A stretch of 40,198 bases of DNA from a virus (lineage: Duplodnaviria; Caudoviricetes): positions 1 to 40,198 of the IMG/VR virus record IMGVR_UViG_3300033067_002387, one strand, 5' to 3'. Under the pieces are notes generated by a model that saw only the letters and a list, made by a program, of their open reading frames with translations, did not search any database and was not told the origin of the DNA. Of this stretch, positions 26,696 through 35,181 are shown one piece after another. Within the stretch, counting starts at the first letter, position 1, and each line of letters starts with the position of its first letter. A program made the position numbers and the translations under genes.

Positions 26696-27115
26696 ATGAT
26701 TCGATTCATGACCCAAATCCTCCTTGCTTCCCTCATCGTCCTCGTCCCCACCCTCATCGTCGCCGTGGCGCTCGCATCATGGCTTTGCGCCAAGCCGCGC
26801 CCGGCGACTTTCAGCCTCTTCGTTCAAGGCGGCCTCAGCGCTTTCGCCAAGACGTGCGAGCCCGCGTGGGTGCGCGCGCATTGCGTCTGGCTTTGGCTCG
26901 GTCCGCGCATCACCGCGCGCCCGCTTTGGATGGCGGCCTTCGCTGACATCGGAACCATCAGTGGCGGCCAGCCGGCGCTGCAGTTTCTTGCCTCGCATCC
27001 GATTATGTTCGTTGGCCTGGTCGCCGTGAATCTGTTCACGCCGCTCGCGGTCGATGGCGCGCCGCCGCGCATCCCCTCGCCGGCTCAGCGCGCCGCGCTG
27101 GTCGGAGCGCACTGA
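26696..27115 (+). CDS. Membrane protein, possible holin
   Basis: At least two hydrophobic segments; directly upstream of the spanins. Confidence 0.45.
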   Translation: MIRFMTQILLASLIVLVPTLIVAVALASWLCAKPRPATFSLFVQGGLSAFAKTCEPAWVRAHCVWLWLGPRITARPLWMAAFADIGTISGGQPALQFLASHPIMFVGLVAVNLFTPLAVDGAPPRIPSPAQRAALVGAH

Positions 27116-27116
27116 G

Positions 27117-27539
27117 ATGTGGGCGACCGCCTTGCTGGCCTTGCAAAAGGTCAATCCTCGCGTCTGGATTGGCCTCGGCATCGCGGCCGCCATCGCCGGG
27201 GCCTTGCTGGCGATCTATCTCGCCGGCGGCTCGGCCGAGAGAAGCAAGACCGCCGTGCGCGATGCCGGCGATGAGCGCGATGCGGCCGGCGTCAACGGCG
27301 CTATCGCCACAAGCGTCATCATCGAAAGCGACGCGCATGCGCGCAGCGCCAACCAACTTAATCAGGAGGCCGCCCATGCGCGCCGTCAATTTGAACGCCC
27401 GCGCGCGGCCGCTCCCGGTACGGTCGGGGCTCAAGCGCGCATCGACCCTGCTCTTGCTCGCGATGCTATCTGCCGCGTGCGCGAGCTGCGCCACCTTCCG
27501 CCATGTCCCGCGCTCGCCGCCGGCCGTGCCGCACGTTGA
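27117..27539 (+). CDS. Putative inner-membrane spanin (Rz-like)
   Basis: Single N-terminal TM (VWIGLGIAAAIAGALLAIYLAG), Ala-rich helical periplasmic part, C-terminal Cys residues. Confidence 0.65.
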   Translation: MWATALLALQKVNPRVWIGLGIAAAIAGALLAIYLAGGSAERSKTAVRDAGDERDAAGVNGAIATSVIIESDAHARSANQLNQEAAHARRQFERPRAAAPGTVGAQARIDPALARDAICRVRELRHLPPCPALAAGRAAR

Positions 27540-27744
27540 GCTTTCCCCTTCGCTGAGGACCGGCGTGCTTTGCTTGCGCGGCGAGCTTCCCGAGGCGGCC
27601 GAGCTTGGCGTCGGCGAGAGCCTATCGCAATGGGTCGCCGCCGAGGCGTTCGGCTCATGCCAAGAAGATCGCGCCAATCGGCTTGTCTCGCTGTTCGATG
27701 AGATGAACGCGCGCTGGGAGGCTTACGCCCATGGCCGCCACTAA
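27376..27744 (+). CDS. Putative outer-membrane spanin lipoprotein (Rz1-like), overlapping Rz in the +1 frame
   Basis: AGGAGG SD at 27364; LLLLAMLSAACASC lipobox-like sequence, Pro-rich linker, further Cys residues. Confidence 0.65.
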   Translation: MRAVNLNARARPLPVRSGLKRASTLLLLAMLSAACASCATFRHVPRSPPAVPHVELSPSLRTGVLCLRGELPEAAELGVGESLSQWVAAEAFGSCQEDRANRLVSLFDEMNARWEAYAHGRH

Positions 27745-27910
27745 AGAGCGCGTCGATAATTTGGCCGTGATGGCCGCGATGGAATTGATGGACATCGGTT
27801 GGTGCATCGACGAGATCGCCGCCGCTCTCCAACGCTCGGCGGTTTGGCTGAAGGCTGAGATCGACAAAGCGATTGCCGACGATTCGGCCGCTGAAAAAAT
27901 GAAGCATTGA
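27731..27910 (+). CDS. Small HTH-like protein (59 aa; below the ORF-track cutoff)
   Basis: Manual translation MAATKERVDNLAVMAAMELMDIGWCIDEIAAALQRSAVWLKAEIDKAIADDSAAEKMKH; fills the gap between genes. Confidence 0.55.
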   Translation: MAATKERVDNLAVMAAMELMDIGWCIDEIAAALQRSAVWLKAEIDKAIADDSAAEKMKH

Positions 27911-27922
27911 AGGGAAAGATCG

Positions 27923-28282
27923 ATGACCAAGACCACCAAGACCATCAGCTCGAAGGCCGCGAAGATGCGAGGCGTCGCCGCCGAGCTTGAGCGTCAGGCG
28001 GCCGCGTTGCGCGCGCTCGCAGATCTCGAAGAAGGCGTCGCCGTCCGCGCCCCGGCGAAGGCGAAGGCCAAGAAGGCCAAGCCCGCCAAGAAGGCCAAGC
28101 GCAAGAGCGCGGCCAAGCCAGCGCGCAAGGCCAAGCCGGCGGCGAAGCGCGCCAAAAAGGCGGCCAAGAAGGCGCGGCCATCGGCGAAGGCGCCGCTCGT
28201 CTCGAAGCGCGAGATGGATACGCTCCTCGGCCGCAATGGCCGCAAGCGCCCGCTCGCTAACGGGCATGCGCCGGCGAACTGA
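27923..28282 (+). CDS. Histone H1-like Lys/Ala-rich protein
   Basis: KAKAKKAKPAKKAKRKSAAKPARKAKPAAKRAKKAAKK tract after a short helical domain; AAGGGA SD. Confidence 0.75.
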   Translation: MTKTTKTISSKAAKMRGVAAELERQAAALRALADLEEGVAVRAPAKAKAKKAKPAKKAKRKSAAKPARKAKPAAKRAKKAAKKARPSAKAPLVSKREMDTLLGRNGRKRPLANGHAPAN

Positions 28283-28324
28283 GCGCCCTCTTTTCGTTCG
28301 ATGCTGGGGCCGGCCGCCATGCGC

Positions 28325-28362
28325 GCCGGCCCTTCGCATTAAGGCGAAGGCCGGTGTTTCTT
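28325..28362 (+). terminator. Probable end-of-late-operon terminator
   Basis: CCGG-C-CCTTCGC-ATTAAG-GCGAAGG-CCGG then TGTTTCTT. Confidence 0.55.
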
Positions 28363-28552
28363 CGTAGCCCTACGTAGACTCTTAAGGAGATGGAGGGCGC
28401 GGCGGCCGGGGATGAGCTGACCCAAGCGCTGAGGCGAGGGGGCTGTTTCATCCCGAGGCCGCCGCGCTTGGCCGAGCTGGTCACGCCCATCGCCGGCATG
28501 AACCGAGCCCGCTTAACGAAGCCCTAAGCCGCGCGTGAGAATCCGGGGCGTC

Positions 28553-29548
28553 ATGGAACAAGAGCGCTCCTTCTTTTGGTCTCGAGTATTCGTCGGCGGG
28601 CTGGTGGTTTGCTGCGCCGTGCTGGCGGTCGGCGGCTTCCTCGCCACCTTCGCCATCTTGCCGGCGCCATGGCCGAGCGCGCTTCGCTGGCTGTGCGTGC
28701 TGGCCTTCGCCGGGGTCGCCGGCTTCTCGCTCGGCGTCGCCCAAATGGCGACCGCGATGGCTCAGGCGCTTCAGGGGCGGCCGGAGCATCTCATCGCTTT
28801 CCGGCTCGCGATCGCTTGCGCGGTCCTTTGCGGGCTCGTCTCGCTGGCCGGCGTCCATCTTGGTTGGTGCCTCATCAGCGGCCGCCGCGATGGCCTGCCC
28901 GAGTGGTGGGTGGTCGATATCGCCGGCGCCCTGCTGGGGGCCGTCAAGCCGGCCATGACGTTCGTCATCGAGGCATGCCGCTCAGCCAGCCGCGCCGATG
29001 TGGCGGCGGCCAAGGCGGCGGCGGACGCCCTGGATCGAGCGGCGGCTGAGCGGGCGGCGGACGCCGACCGGCAAGCAAGCTTGCGCCGGGCTGAGCTGGC
29101 GGCCAGGGCGCCGGCGGCAGCGGCGGACGCGGCCACGGACGCCCCCGAGAAGGCGGCCACGGCCGCGCCTGTGGCGTCTCTGGCGGCCGAGCGGGCTAAG
29201 CGGGCGAGCGCCGGTCAGGGCGCTTGCAAGGGCTCAGGGAAAGCCCAGGGCGGCGCTCACAGGGGCGGCGCTCTAAAGGCGGCCGTGGCGGCGGCCGCCA
29301 CCCTCTCAGCGGCGAGCGCGCCGGCTCTGGCGCATGAGGCGGCGGCGGCCCCGCTCAGCCAGCCAGCGGCGACGCCAGCGCGGCCGGCGGGCTATCTGCC
29401 GAGCCTTGATGAGATTGAACAGGCGCGCGAAGCGCTTCATCGGAGGGGCATCGTGCCGGCCTTCAGAAGCGTCGCCGGCCATATCGGCTGCAGCCGCCAT
29501 GCGGTGGCGAAAGTCTGGCCTAAAGGCGTTCCGCTCGCCATGGCCTGA
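28553..29548 (+). CDS. Multi-pass membrane protein with Ala-rich coiled coil and C-terminal HTH-like domain
   Basis: About 4 hydrophobic segments; C-terminus EIEQAREALHRRGIVPAFRSVAGHIGCSRHAVAKVW. Confidence 0.7.
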   Translation: MEQERSFFWSRVFVGGLVVCCAVLAVGGFLATFAILPAPWPSALRWLCVLAFAGVAGFSLGVAQMATAMAQALQGRPEHLIAFRLAIACAVLCGLVSLAGVHLGWCLISGRRDGLPEWWVVDIAGALLGAVKPAMTFVIEACRSASRADVAAAKAAADALDRAAAERAADADRQASLRRAELAARAPAAAADAATDAPEKAATAAPVASLAAERAKRASAGQGACKGSGKAQGGAHRGGALKAAVAAAATLSAASAPALAHEAAAAPLSQPAATPARPAGYLPSLDEIEQAREALHRRGIVPAFRSVAGHIGCSRHAVAKVWPKGVPLAMA

Positions 29549-29567
29549 AGAGAGGGAAGGGCGGCCA

Positions 29568-29822
29568 GTGATCCCATACTTCACCAGAGCCACCACCGCT
29601 TGCCCGAACCCGCCGGCCGATTGGGATCCGAACGAGGGCGAGTGCTCGCCGCTCCCGATCCATCGCCAAGGCCAGCGCATGATCTCGGTCTGGAAGCCGA
29701 GCGCCGAAGAGCTGGCGCTTCTCAATGCCGGCGGCGGCGTCGAGCTGACCGTGCTCGGGGTCCAGCATCCAGTGGTGAGCCTCGGCGCCGTGCCGGCCGA
29801 AGAGCTTCTGGTGAGCATCTAG
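29568..29822 (+). CDS. Conserved phage hypothetical protein (84 aa)
   Basis: PADWD...C.PLP...MISVWKPSAEELALLNAGG...HP motif; GTG start with purine-rich SD. Confidence 0.7.
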   Translation: MIPYFTRATTACPNPPADWDPNEGECSPLPIHRQGQRMISVWKPSAEELALLNAGGGVELTVLGVQHPVVSLGAVPAEELLVSI

Positions 29823-29823
29823 C

Positions 29824-29860
29824 AAACAGCAAAGGCCCCCAGCTCATCGCCGGGGGCCTT
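29824..29860 (-). terminator. Terminator between convergent genes
   Basis: AAGGCCCCC/GGGGGCCTT stem; TTTGCTGTTTG tail on the minus strand. Confidence 0.6.
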
Positions 29861-29883
29861 CATCAGCGGCCAGGGCGGGGCGA

Positions 29884-30687
29884 TTAAGCGCCGGCCGGCT
29901 GGCGGTCGCGGCGCATGCTGACCAGGCGCCGGGCCGCTTCGGAAGCATCGAAGCCGCCAGCCCAAACCCGGGTAGGGGCTTCCGCCTTATTCGCCCCCGA
30001 TACGGTCTCGCGCGATGGTCGCGAAGCGGGTTGCGCGACCACGGCGTTCATGCCGATGGCCCACAGCCCGAGCGCCTTGGCGATTTCAAGGAAGCCGAGG
30101 AAGCCCCAAACCAGCCCGGCATCGAACTCGGCGGCCGGGGCGGGGGCGACTGTCGGCAGCGCCAGAAGCTCGGCCTCGGCGGTCGCCTTGCGCTGGCGGG
30201 GCGCCGCGGTAGCCATCTCCCAAGTCGCCCGCGCTTCCGCTTGCCGGCCGGTGAGCTGGTCGGGCGAGGGGAGTGGGACGCGCTCGATTTCCGCCTCAGC
30301 GCGCGCGGCCGCGAGCTGAAGGCTGGCGCGATGAGCGTCGAGATCGCGTTGGGCGTGCTGGCGCTCCTCATCTTGGCGCGGCCCCATCGAGGCTTCCCAA
30401 GCGCGATGGCCGCCGACTGTGTTGAAGGCGGCCGCCCCGAGCAGGATGACGAAGCAAACCAGGGCGCGATCCCAGCGGCCGTGGCGAACGGCATCCTCGG
30501 TGAGCACGGCGAAGACGAAGCCAATGGCCTCGAAGCACGCGGCCAGGATGGCGAGAAGGGCGAGGCGCTCGGCAAGCCAGCCCGAAACATTGAAGCAAGC
30601 CAGCGCCAGCGTGAGCGCGGCGAGGGCGATGGCGGCAAAGGCGCGAAGGCCATGGCGCTGAGCCCAAGAGAAGAGACGCGATAGCAT
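29884..30687 (-). CDS. Membrane protein (3 TM, coiled coil, 1 TM)
   Basis: GGAGA SD before MLSRLFSW; hydropathy pattern evident by eye. Confidence 0.7.
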   Translation of the reverse strand: MLSRLFSWAQRHGLRAFAAIALAALTLALACFNVSGWLAERLALLAILAACFEAIGFVFAVLTEDAVRHGRWDRALVCFVILLGAAAFNTVGGHRAWEASMGPRQDEERQHAQRDLDAHRASLQLAAARAEAEIERVPLPSPDQLTGRQAEARATWEMATAAPRQRKATAEAELLALPTVAPAPAAEFDAGLVWGFLGFLEIAKALGLWAIGMNAVVAQPASRPSRETVSGANKAEAPTRVWAGGFDASEAARRLVSMRRDRQPAGA

Positions 30688-30733
30688 TTTGGAAATCTCC
30701 CAAGCGGCGGCCGAGGGATTCGGCGGCCGTCCG

Positions 30734-30751
30734 CTTGGGGAATATCCCAAG
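30734..30751. promoter_or_regulatory. Operator O3
   Basis: CTTGGGGAATATCCCAAG; a degenerate copy TTTTGGAAATCTCCCAAG (30687-30704) covers the SD of the downstream gene. Confidence 0.75.
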
Positions 30752-30774
30752 GAGAGCTAAGTCTCCCTGAAGGC

Positions 30775-31149
30775 TCAGCCGCGATAGCCCTCGAAAAACG
30801 CGCCCACCGATGTATCGAGCGAGCGGGCAACCTGAAAAAGCCGCGAGGCGCTGACGCGGTTGATGGCCTTTTCATATTTTTGCACCTGCTGAAAGGTGAC
30901 GCCGCAATCGCTGGCGAGCTGTTCCTGGCTCTTGCCGATCTCCAGCCGGCGCGCGCGAATCTTCTTGGCGATATGCCGGTCAATCGGCCCGGCGCTTCTG
31001 GGTTCTCTGAAGCCCCATGTGAAGGCGCGAAGGCTGGGGAGCGTTTTGTCGACTCCCAAATCTTCGGCGATGGCGTAGGCGTGCTCGCCGCGAAGCAAGC
31101 GCTCGACCATCAGCTCGCGCTCGGCGCGGCTCAGTCGATAGCCGCTCAT
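30775..31149 (-). CDS. XRE-family transcriptional regulator with an extra N-terminal HTH
   Basis: SQEQLASDCGVTFQQVQKYEKAINRVSASRL; N-terminal AYAIAEDLGVDK. Confidence 0.9.
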   Translation of the reverse strand: MSGYRLSRAERELMVERLLRGEHAYAIAEDLGVDKTLPSLRAFTWGFREPRSAGPIDRHIAKKIRARRLEIGKSQEQLASDCGVTFQQVQKYEKAINRVSASRLFQVARSLDTSVGAFFEGYRG

Positions 31150-32528
31150 GCTGGCGCTCGCTCGCCGATGGGCTCAAGCGTCCAAGTCCAGAGCTTGACC
31201 GAGCGCTTCTTCAATCGCGCCAGCCCCTCAGCATTGGCCTCGCTCCACCGCGTCATCAGCACGGCGCTCGGCGCTGTTGCGATGAGCTGGCGCAAAGCCT
31301 CGCCGTAGGCTTTCCACTCGGCGTCGCTGACCTCACCCGGCAGCGCGATCTCTTTTGGCAGCGCCGGATTGAAGGCCGCGCCCCATAGCTCGACAAGCTT
31401 CACGTCGCCGGGGAAAAAGTCGTCGCCGCCGAGCGAGCCTTGCTCATCTTCGAGAGGTGGCGGCGCGGTCGTTGGGGGATTTTCGGCCGCGCCGCTTGGC
31501 GCATCGAGCGAGGAGGGGGCGCCCGATGCGCTAACTGGTTTTCCGGATTCCGCGCGCCCTGGCCGCATCGCATCGAGCGATGCGCCATGCGCCCACGCTG
31601 AGAGCTTGAGGCCAACCTCGTAATCGATGGGGCGATCCAGCGGCACGAAATCGCGCATCTGAACATTGAGCGGCTTCTTCGGAATCGGCACGCCTGGACT
31701 TGCGGGATCGAGCACGATGCTGATGGCGAGCTGGCGCGGGAACTTCTTCTCGACAATCGGCACCCAGCGCTCGGCCGGCGGCAAGTCTTTCGCCGCCGTC
31801 ACTTCGGTTTTCTGATAGCTGATCGTGCGGCCGCCTTTCTCGAAGCTCTCGGTCTTCGACTCCATACTCATCTTGTCGTCGGCATGGCCGCAAAAGATGA
31901 GATGGGCGCGGCTCTGGAGCATCCGCACCACCATCGCGCGATTGCGCGTCTTGGCGTTCTTCCAATGGCCCGCGTCGCCGCGAATCGAATCCTCGTTTGG
32001 CTCCTTGCCTCGGCGGCCGCCTTCCTCGTAGCGCTTCCAGGCGCGCGCCACCGCCGCTTCAGCATCCGCGTCGTGGATATCCTTCACGCCGCCTTCGCCC
32101 TCCCAGATGAGCGAGAAGCTGTCCGTGATGATGACCTCGAAGCCGGCCGCCTCGGCGCGCTCGATGAAGTTCTGCATGCGCTCGGGCGAGAATGGCGGTT
32201 TGAAGTCGGCGTGGCGGAACGCGAAGCTTGGATTTTTCAAATCGAGGCGCGGAAGCTCGCCGGGCGCGACCGCATAATGAAGCGCGCGGCCGCCATCGGT
32301 ATCGATGTAAGCGATGCGCTGGTCGATGCGCTTCAGCACTTCCGGGTCGTTCCAATCTTCGCCATCGTGGCGCGCCAGCGCGCGCGCGAGGATGAGCGCC
32401 GTGAGCGTTTTGCCGCCGCCGCTCTCGGCCCATATGCCGATGAGGAGGCCGACCTTTTCGCGCGTGGCCTCGTTGAAGCTGATGGCTTCCTCGCTCGCCT
32501 CAGCGAGAAGCTCGGCTCTACTTGTCAT
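31146..32528 (-). CDS. AAA-family ATPase (AAA_24/Sak4-like recombination protein)
   Basis: Walker A AESGGGKT, YIDTD, IITDSFSLIWEGEGG; next to the RecE-like gene. Confidence 0.8.
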   Translation of the reverse strand: MTSRAELLAEASEEAISFNEATREKVGLLIGIWAESGGGKTLTALILARALARHDGEDWNDPEVLKRIDQRIAYIDTDGGRALHYAVAPGELPRLDLKNPSFAFRHADFKPPFSPERMQNFIERAEAAGFEVIITDSFSLIWEGEGGVKDIHDADAEAAVARAWKRYEEGGRRGKEPNEDSIRGDAGHWKNAKTRNRAMVVRMLQSRAHLIFCGHADDKMSMESKTESFEKGGRTISYQKTEVTAAKDLPPAERWVPIVEKKFPRQLAISIVLDPASPGVPIPKKPLNVQMRDFVPLDRPIDYEVGLKLSAWAHGASLDAMRPGRAESGKPVSASGAPSSLDAPSGAAENPPTTAPPPLEDEQGSLGGDDFFPGDVKLVELWGAAFNPALPKEIALPGEVSDAEWKAYGEALRQLIATAPSAVLMTRWSEANAEGLARLKKRSVKLWTWTLEPIGERAPA

Positions 32529-32736
32529 TGGCGAAGCCTTTCGATGCGTTGGCCGCATTGATCGCGGCGATGGTGAGGATGATGAGGAAGAGGGGAAGCC
32601 ACAGCGCCGCGCACACCAACGCCATCATCAGGCGAGGGACCACGCCATCGAGGCCGCGCGCTTCCTTCGAGAATAGGGCCAGGACGCCAACCATGAGGGC
32701 GCCGACCGCATAGATCGCGAGAAGCATCTGAGGCAT
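32518..32736 (-). CDS. Small two-TM membrane protein
   Basis: MPQMLLAIY...ALWLPLFLIIL; start coupled to the RecE-like stop. Confidence 0.6.
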   Translation of the reverse strand: MPQMLLAIYAVGALMVGVLALFSKEARGLDGVVPRLMMALVCAALWLPLFLIILTIAAINAANASKGFANDK

Positions 32737-33863
32737 CAGCTCGGCTCCCGCATCATGCCTTGCGGCCAATCGTAGTCATCGATTTCGACCTCGCCGACCG
32801 AGGCCATCCAGATTCCGGCGCCGCAGGTTTCGCGAAAGCCTTTGAAGATATCGACGGCGTCCTCGATGTCTTGCTCAGCAATCGCCCATTGCGAGTTCGT
32901 CGTGCGGAAGGGCAGCATGATCGCGGTCGGCGCGCCGCCCATGCGAACATAGAGCCAGCGGAAGAGCGGCGGCTCTTCATTGCTGGCGATGGCGCTGATG
33001 ACTTGCTCGGCGCGCTCGGCAAGGCGGCGGCCCTTTTCGCCGTGCGCGTGAACTTGAAGCTTGCCGCTCGCATATTCGGCGGCGCATCGCATGACGCCGC
33101 GATGATTGTGCACAGCCTGCAGGTCCGCGCCATTGAGCGCGATTTCGCGCACGCAATGCTGGCGCAAGCTTTGGCCGCGCCGAGGCGCTCGGCCATAGCT
33201 CTTGAGGTCGAGCACCGTCTGCGGATTGAGAAAGTCCGGGCGGATTTTGTAGCGCACGCCATCCTCGGTCCAGAAGTAGCTCAGCTCGGCGACGCCACCG
33301 CTGAGATGCGGCGCATAGGCTGGGTCCTGACTGATAAAGCGCTGGACGACGCGCACATATTCATCGTCCTCAGCGAGAAGGATGGCGCGGCTCTCACTCT
33401 CGGCATCCCAAATGCGCGCCTCGGGATCGAGCGCGCGCACGCGGGCGATGAGGTCGGCGCGGTCGCCGGTCATCAGGTATGGCTTGGCCTCATCGCGCGA
33501 GAGCTTCACATCGGGGCCGAGCTTTGCCTCATGCTCGGCGCGCTTGGCGCGGAGGAAATCCTTGAGGTCTTCGAGCGTCGTCATCACGCCCTCGGGCTTG
33601 ATGACAAAGCCGGCCTCATATTCTTCGATGCCTTCGAGCACCGCCGCATGCACAGCATGGCCGCGCAGATAATGCCGGCGCGAGCTGGGCTCGGGCGCCA
33701 CATAAAGCGGGTTCGCATCGCTTTCCCACCATAGGCCAGCCGGCTCGGTGAGTAGGACTTTGAACGCGCCGCCGCTCAGCGCCTTCTCGGCGACGTGATC
33801 GGCCATCGATAAACCAACGTGCAAGCCGTCAGGCAAAGGCTCGCGCGACTTCGCATCTTCCAT
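32736..33863 (-). CDS. RecE/Exonuclease VIII-like PD-(D/E)XK nuclease (DUF3799-like)
   Basis: GHAVHAAVLEG, AELSYFW, KIRPDFL, LDLKS, DLQAVH. Confidence 0.85.
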   Translation of the reverse strand: MEDAKSREPLPDGLHVGLSMADHVAEKALSGGAFKVLLTEPAGLWWESDANPLYVAPEPSSRRHYLRGHAVHAAVLEGIEEYEAGFVIKPEGVMTTLEDLKDFLRAKRAEHEAKLGPDVKLSRDEAKPYLMTGDRADLIARVRALDPEARIWDAESESRAILLAEDDEYVRVVQRFISQDPAYAPHLSGGVAELSYFWTEDGVRYKIRPDFLNPQTVLDLKSYGRAPRRGQSLRQHCVREIALNGADLQAVHNHRGVMRCAAEYASGKLQVHAHGEKGRRLAERAEQVISAIASNEEPPLFRWLYVRMGGAPTAIMLPFRTTNSQWAIAEQDIEDAVDIFKGFRETCGAGIWMASVGEVEIDDYDWPQGMMREPS

Positions 33864-33864
33864 A

Positions 33865-34218
33865 TCATCCCTCCTTGAAAAGCTCGTCCTGTCTTTCGAG
33901 CGGCCGCGCGCGCCATGCGTTCGCCCTCAGCCCGCTCGCATTGGCGCGGCGCTTGCCGCTTTTCTCAATGAGGCCCTCGACCTTCAACTCCGAGAGGCGA
34001 GGGCGCACGGCCAGCGGGCTCTCGCCGAGCGCCTCAGCGCACTCATCGGCCGTCGCATCGGCGACATCGCGCAGATGGCTCAGCACGCGCGCTCGAAGCG
34101 TCGCCGCTCGCGAGGCCATGCGCTCGCCGGCTTCAGCGCCGGCGCCGTGATCCTTGGCGCCCGGATGCGCGGGAAAGTGGCGCTCGACCCACGCCGCGCC
34201 CTCGCGAGGCCGGCTCAT
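33865..34218 (-). CDS. Winged-helix DNA-binding protein
   Basis: TADECAEALGESPLAVRPRLSEL...SGKRRANASGLRANAW. Confidence 0.75.
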   Translation of the reverse strand: MSRPREGAAWVERHFPAHPGAKDHGAGAEAGERMASRAATLRARVLSHLRDVADATADECAEALGESPLAVRPRLSELKVEGLIEKSGKRRANASGLRANAWRARPLERQDELFKEG

Positions 34219-34553
34219 TCGGCCGCATCCAATTGCATCGCCCGGATGGCGCCGCGAAGCTGGCTTGCGCCGAAGCCGATGGCGCTGGCGCGCCGCTCAA
34301 GGTCGCGCCGCACGGCCATCTCGCCGGGCTTGAGCAGCGTCTCGGCGGTCGCCCTGATTTCCTTCGCCCGCGCTTCTCGCCGCGTCGCCTCGGCATCGGC
34401 CGCGACGATGAGCTGCGCGAGCGAGAGCTTCGGTGCGCGCATCGCCTCGCGCGCCGCCATCAGAACGTCCGCGACTTTATCGCCGGCATATTCCTCGATG
34501 AGCGCGCTCATGCGCGCTTCGAGATCGGCGCGCGTCCAATCGCCGGCGCTCAT
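34215..34553 (-). CDS. Hypothetical helical protein
   Basis: ATGA coupling at both ends. Confidence 0.6.
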   Translation of the reverse strand: MSAGDWTRADLEARMSALIEEYAGDKVADVLMAAREAMRAPKLSLAQLIVAADAEATRREARAKEIRATAETLLKPGEMAVRRDLERRASAIGFGASQLRGAIRAMQLDAAE

Positions 34554-34933
34554 TGGCCGTTCCAATCGAGAACGGCCTCGCGGGTGAGCTCCCAGCCATC
34601 GCGCGCGAGCTTCGAGATGACATCGCGCTTGAAGAGCTGGTGCTTGACGATGGCCGTGGCGCTATCGGCCAGCGCATCGGCCAGGATGGCGAGCGCAAGC
34701 TGAGCGGGGCCGCTGCCGAGGTAGCCCCAATTGAAGCCGCTCGGCGAATGGCGCGCGAGATCGAGGCGAAGCGGAAGCGGCCGCCGATTCTCGCCTTGCA
34801 TGATTTCAACGATCGGCCGGCCATCGACGATGCGCCCGACATAGCGCTTGCCTTTGGCGATGCTGATGACGCGCGCCGGCTCGCCGCGCGTTTCCAGCGC
34901 ATCGGGCCTGACGGCTCTAGTGGATTCTTGCAT
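34550..34933 (-). CDS. DUF6166-family protein
   Basis: HSPSGFNWGYLGSGPAQLALAILADAL signature; GGAGG SD. Confidence 0.8.
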   Translation of the reverse strand: MQESTRAVRPDALETRGEPARVISIAKGKRYVGRIVDGRPIVEIMQGENRRPLPLRLDLARHSPSGFNWGYLGSGPAQLALAILADALADSATAIVKHQLFKRDVISKLARDGWELTREAVLDWNGQ

Positions 34934-34997
34934 CGGAGCCCCTCCATCGATCCCTTGGCCTCAGCTCGATTCGGCCGAGTGCCAGCAGCGGGCTTAG

Positions 34998-35015
34998 CTT
35001 GGGAATGGCCCCAAG
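34998..35015 (-). promoter_or_regulatory. Operator O4 inside the leftward early promoter
   Basis: CTTGGGAATGGCCCCAAG; minus strand TTGCGC-N17-CTAAGC. Confidence 0.75.
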
Positions 35016-35079
35016 CGCAAGGGTTGCGCGGCGGCGCTTTCCACCGCTCGGGGGATAAAAGCGCAGGGGGGCTTGCCGG

Positions 35080-35097
35080 GCTGGGCTTATTCCCATA
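35080..35097 (+). promoter_or_regulatory. Operator O5 inside a putative rightward promoter
   Basis: GCTGGGCTTATTCCCATA preceded by TTGCCG at 35073. Confidence 0.7.
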
Positions 35098-35102
35098 GCA
35101 GC

Positions 35103-35181
35103 GAGCGGGGCTCGGGGCCGGCCTATCGCGGGGGCCGGCATCCAAGGGCGAGAAGGGCGGCCGGCAACGGTCGCCCTTTTT
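35103..35181 (+). ncRNA. Candidate small RNA (~80 nt)
   Basis: Lies between a promoter-like site and a strong terminator; internal GCCGGCC/GGCCGGC hairpin; no ORF. 5' end approximate. Confidence 0.35.
35153..35181 (+). terminator. Intrinsic terminator
   Basis: AAGGGCGGCCG-GCAA-CGGTCGCCC-TTTTT. Confidence 0.75.

Noticed and set aside
28390-28527. 45-codon ORF MEGAAAGDEL preceded by AAGGAG
   Set aside because: The SD abuts the ATG with no spacer and the ORF runs through a long hairpin; no supporting motif.
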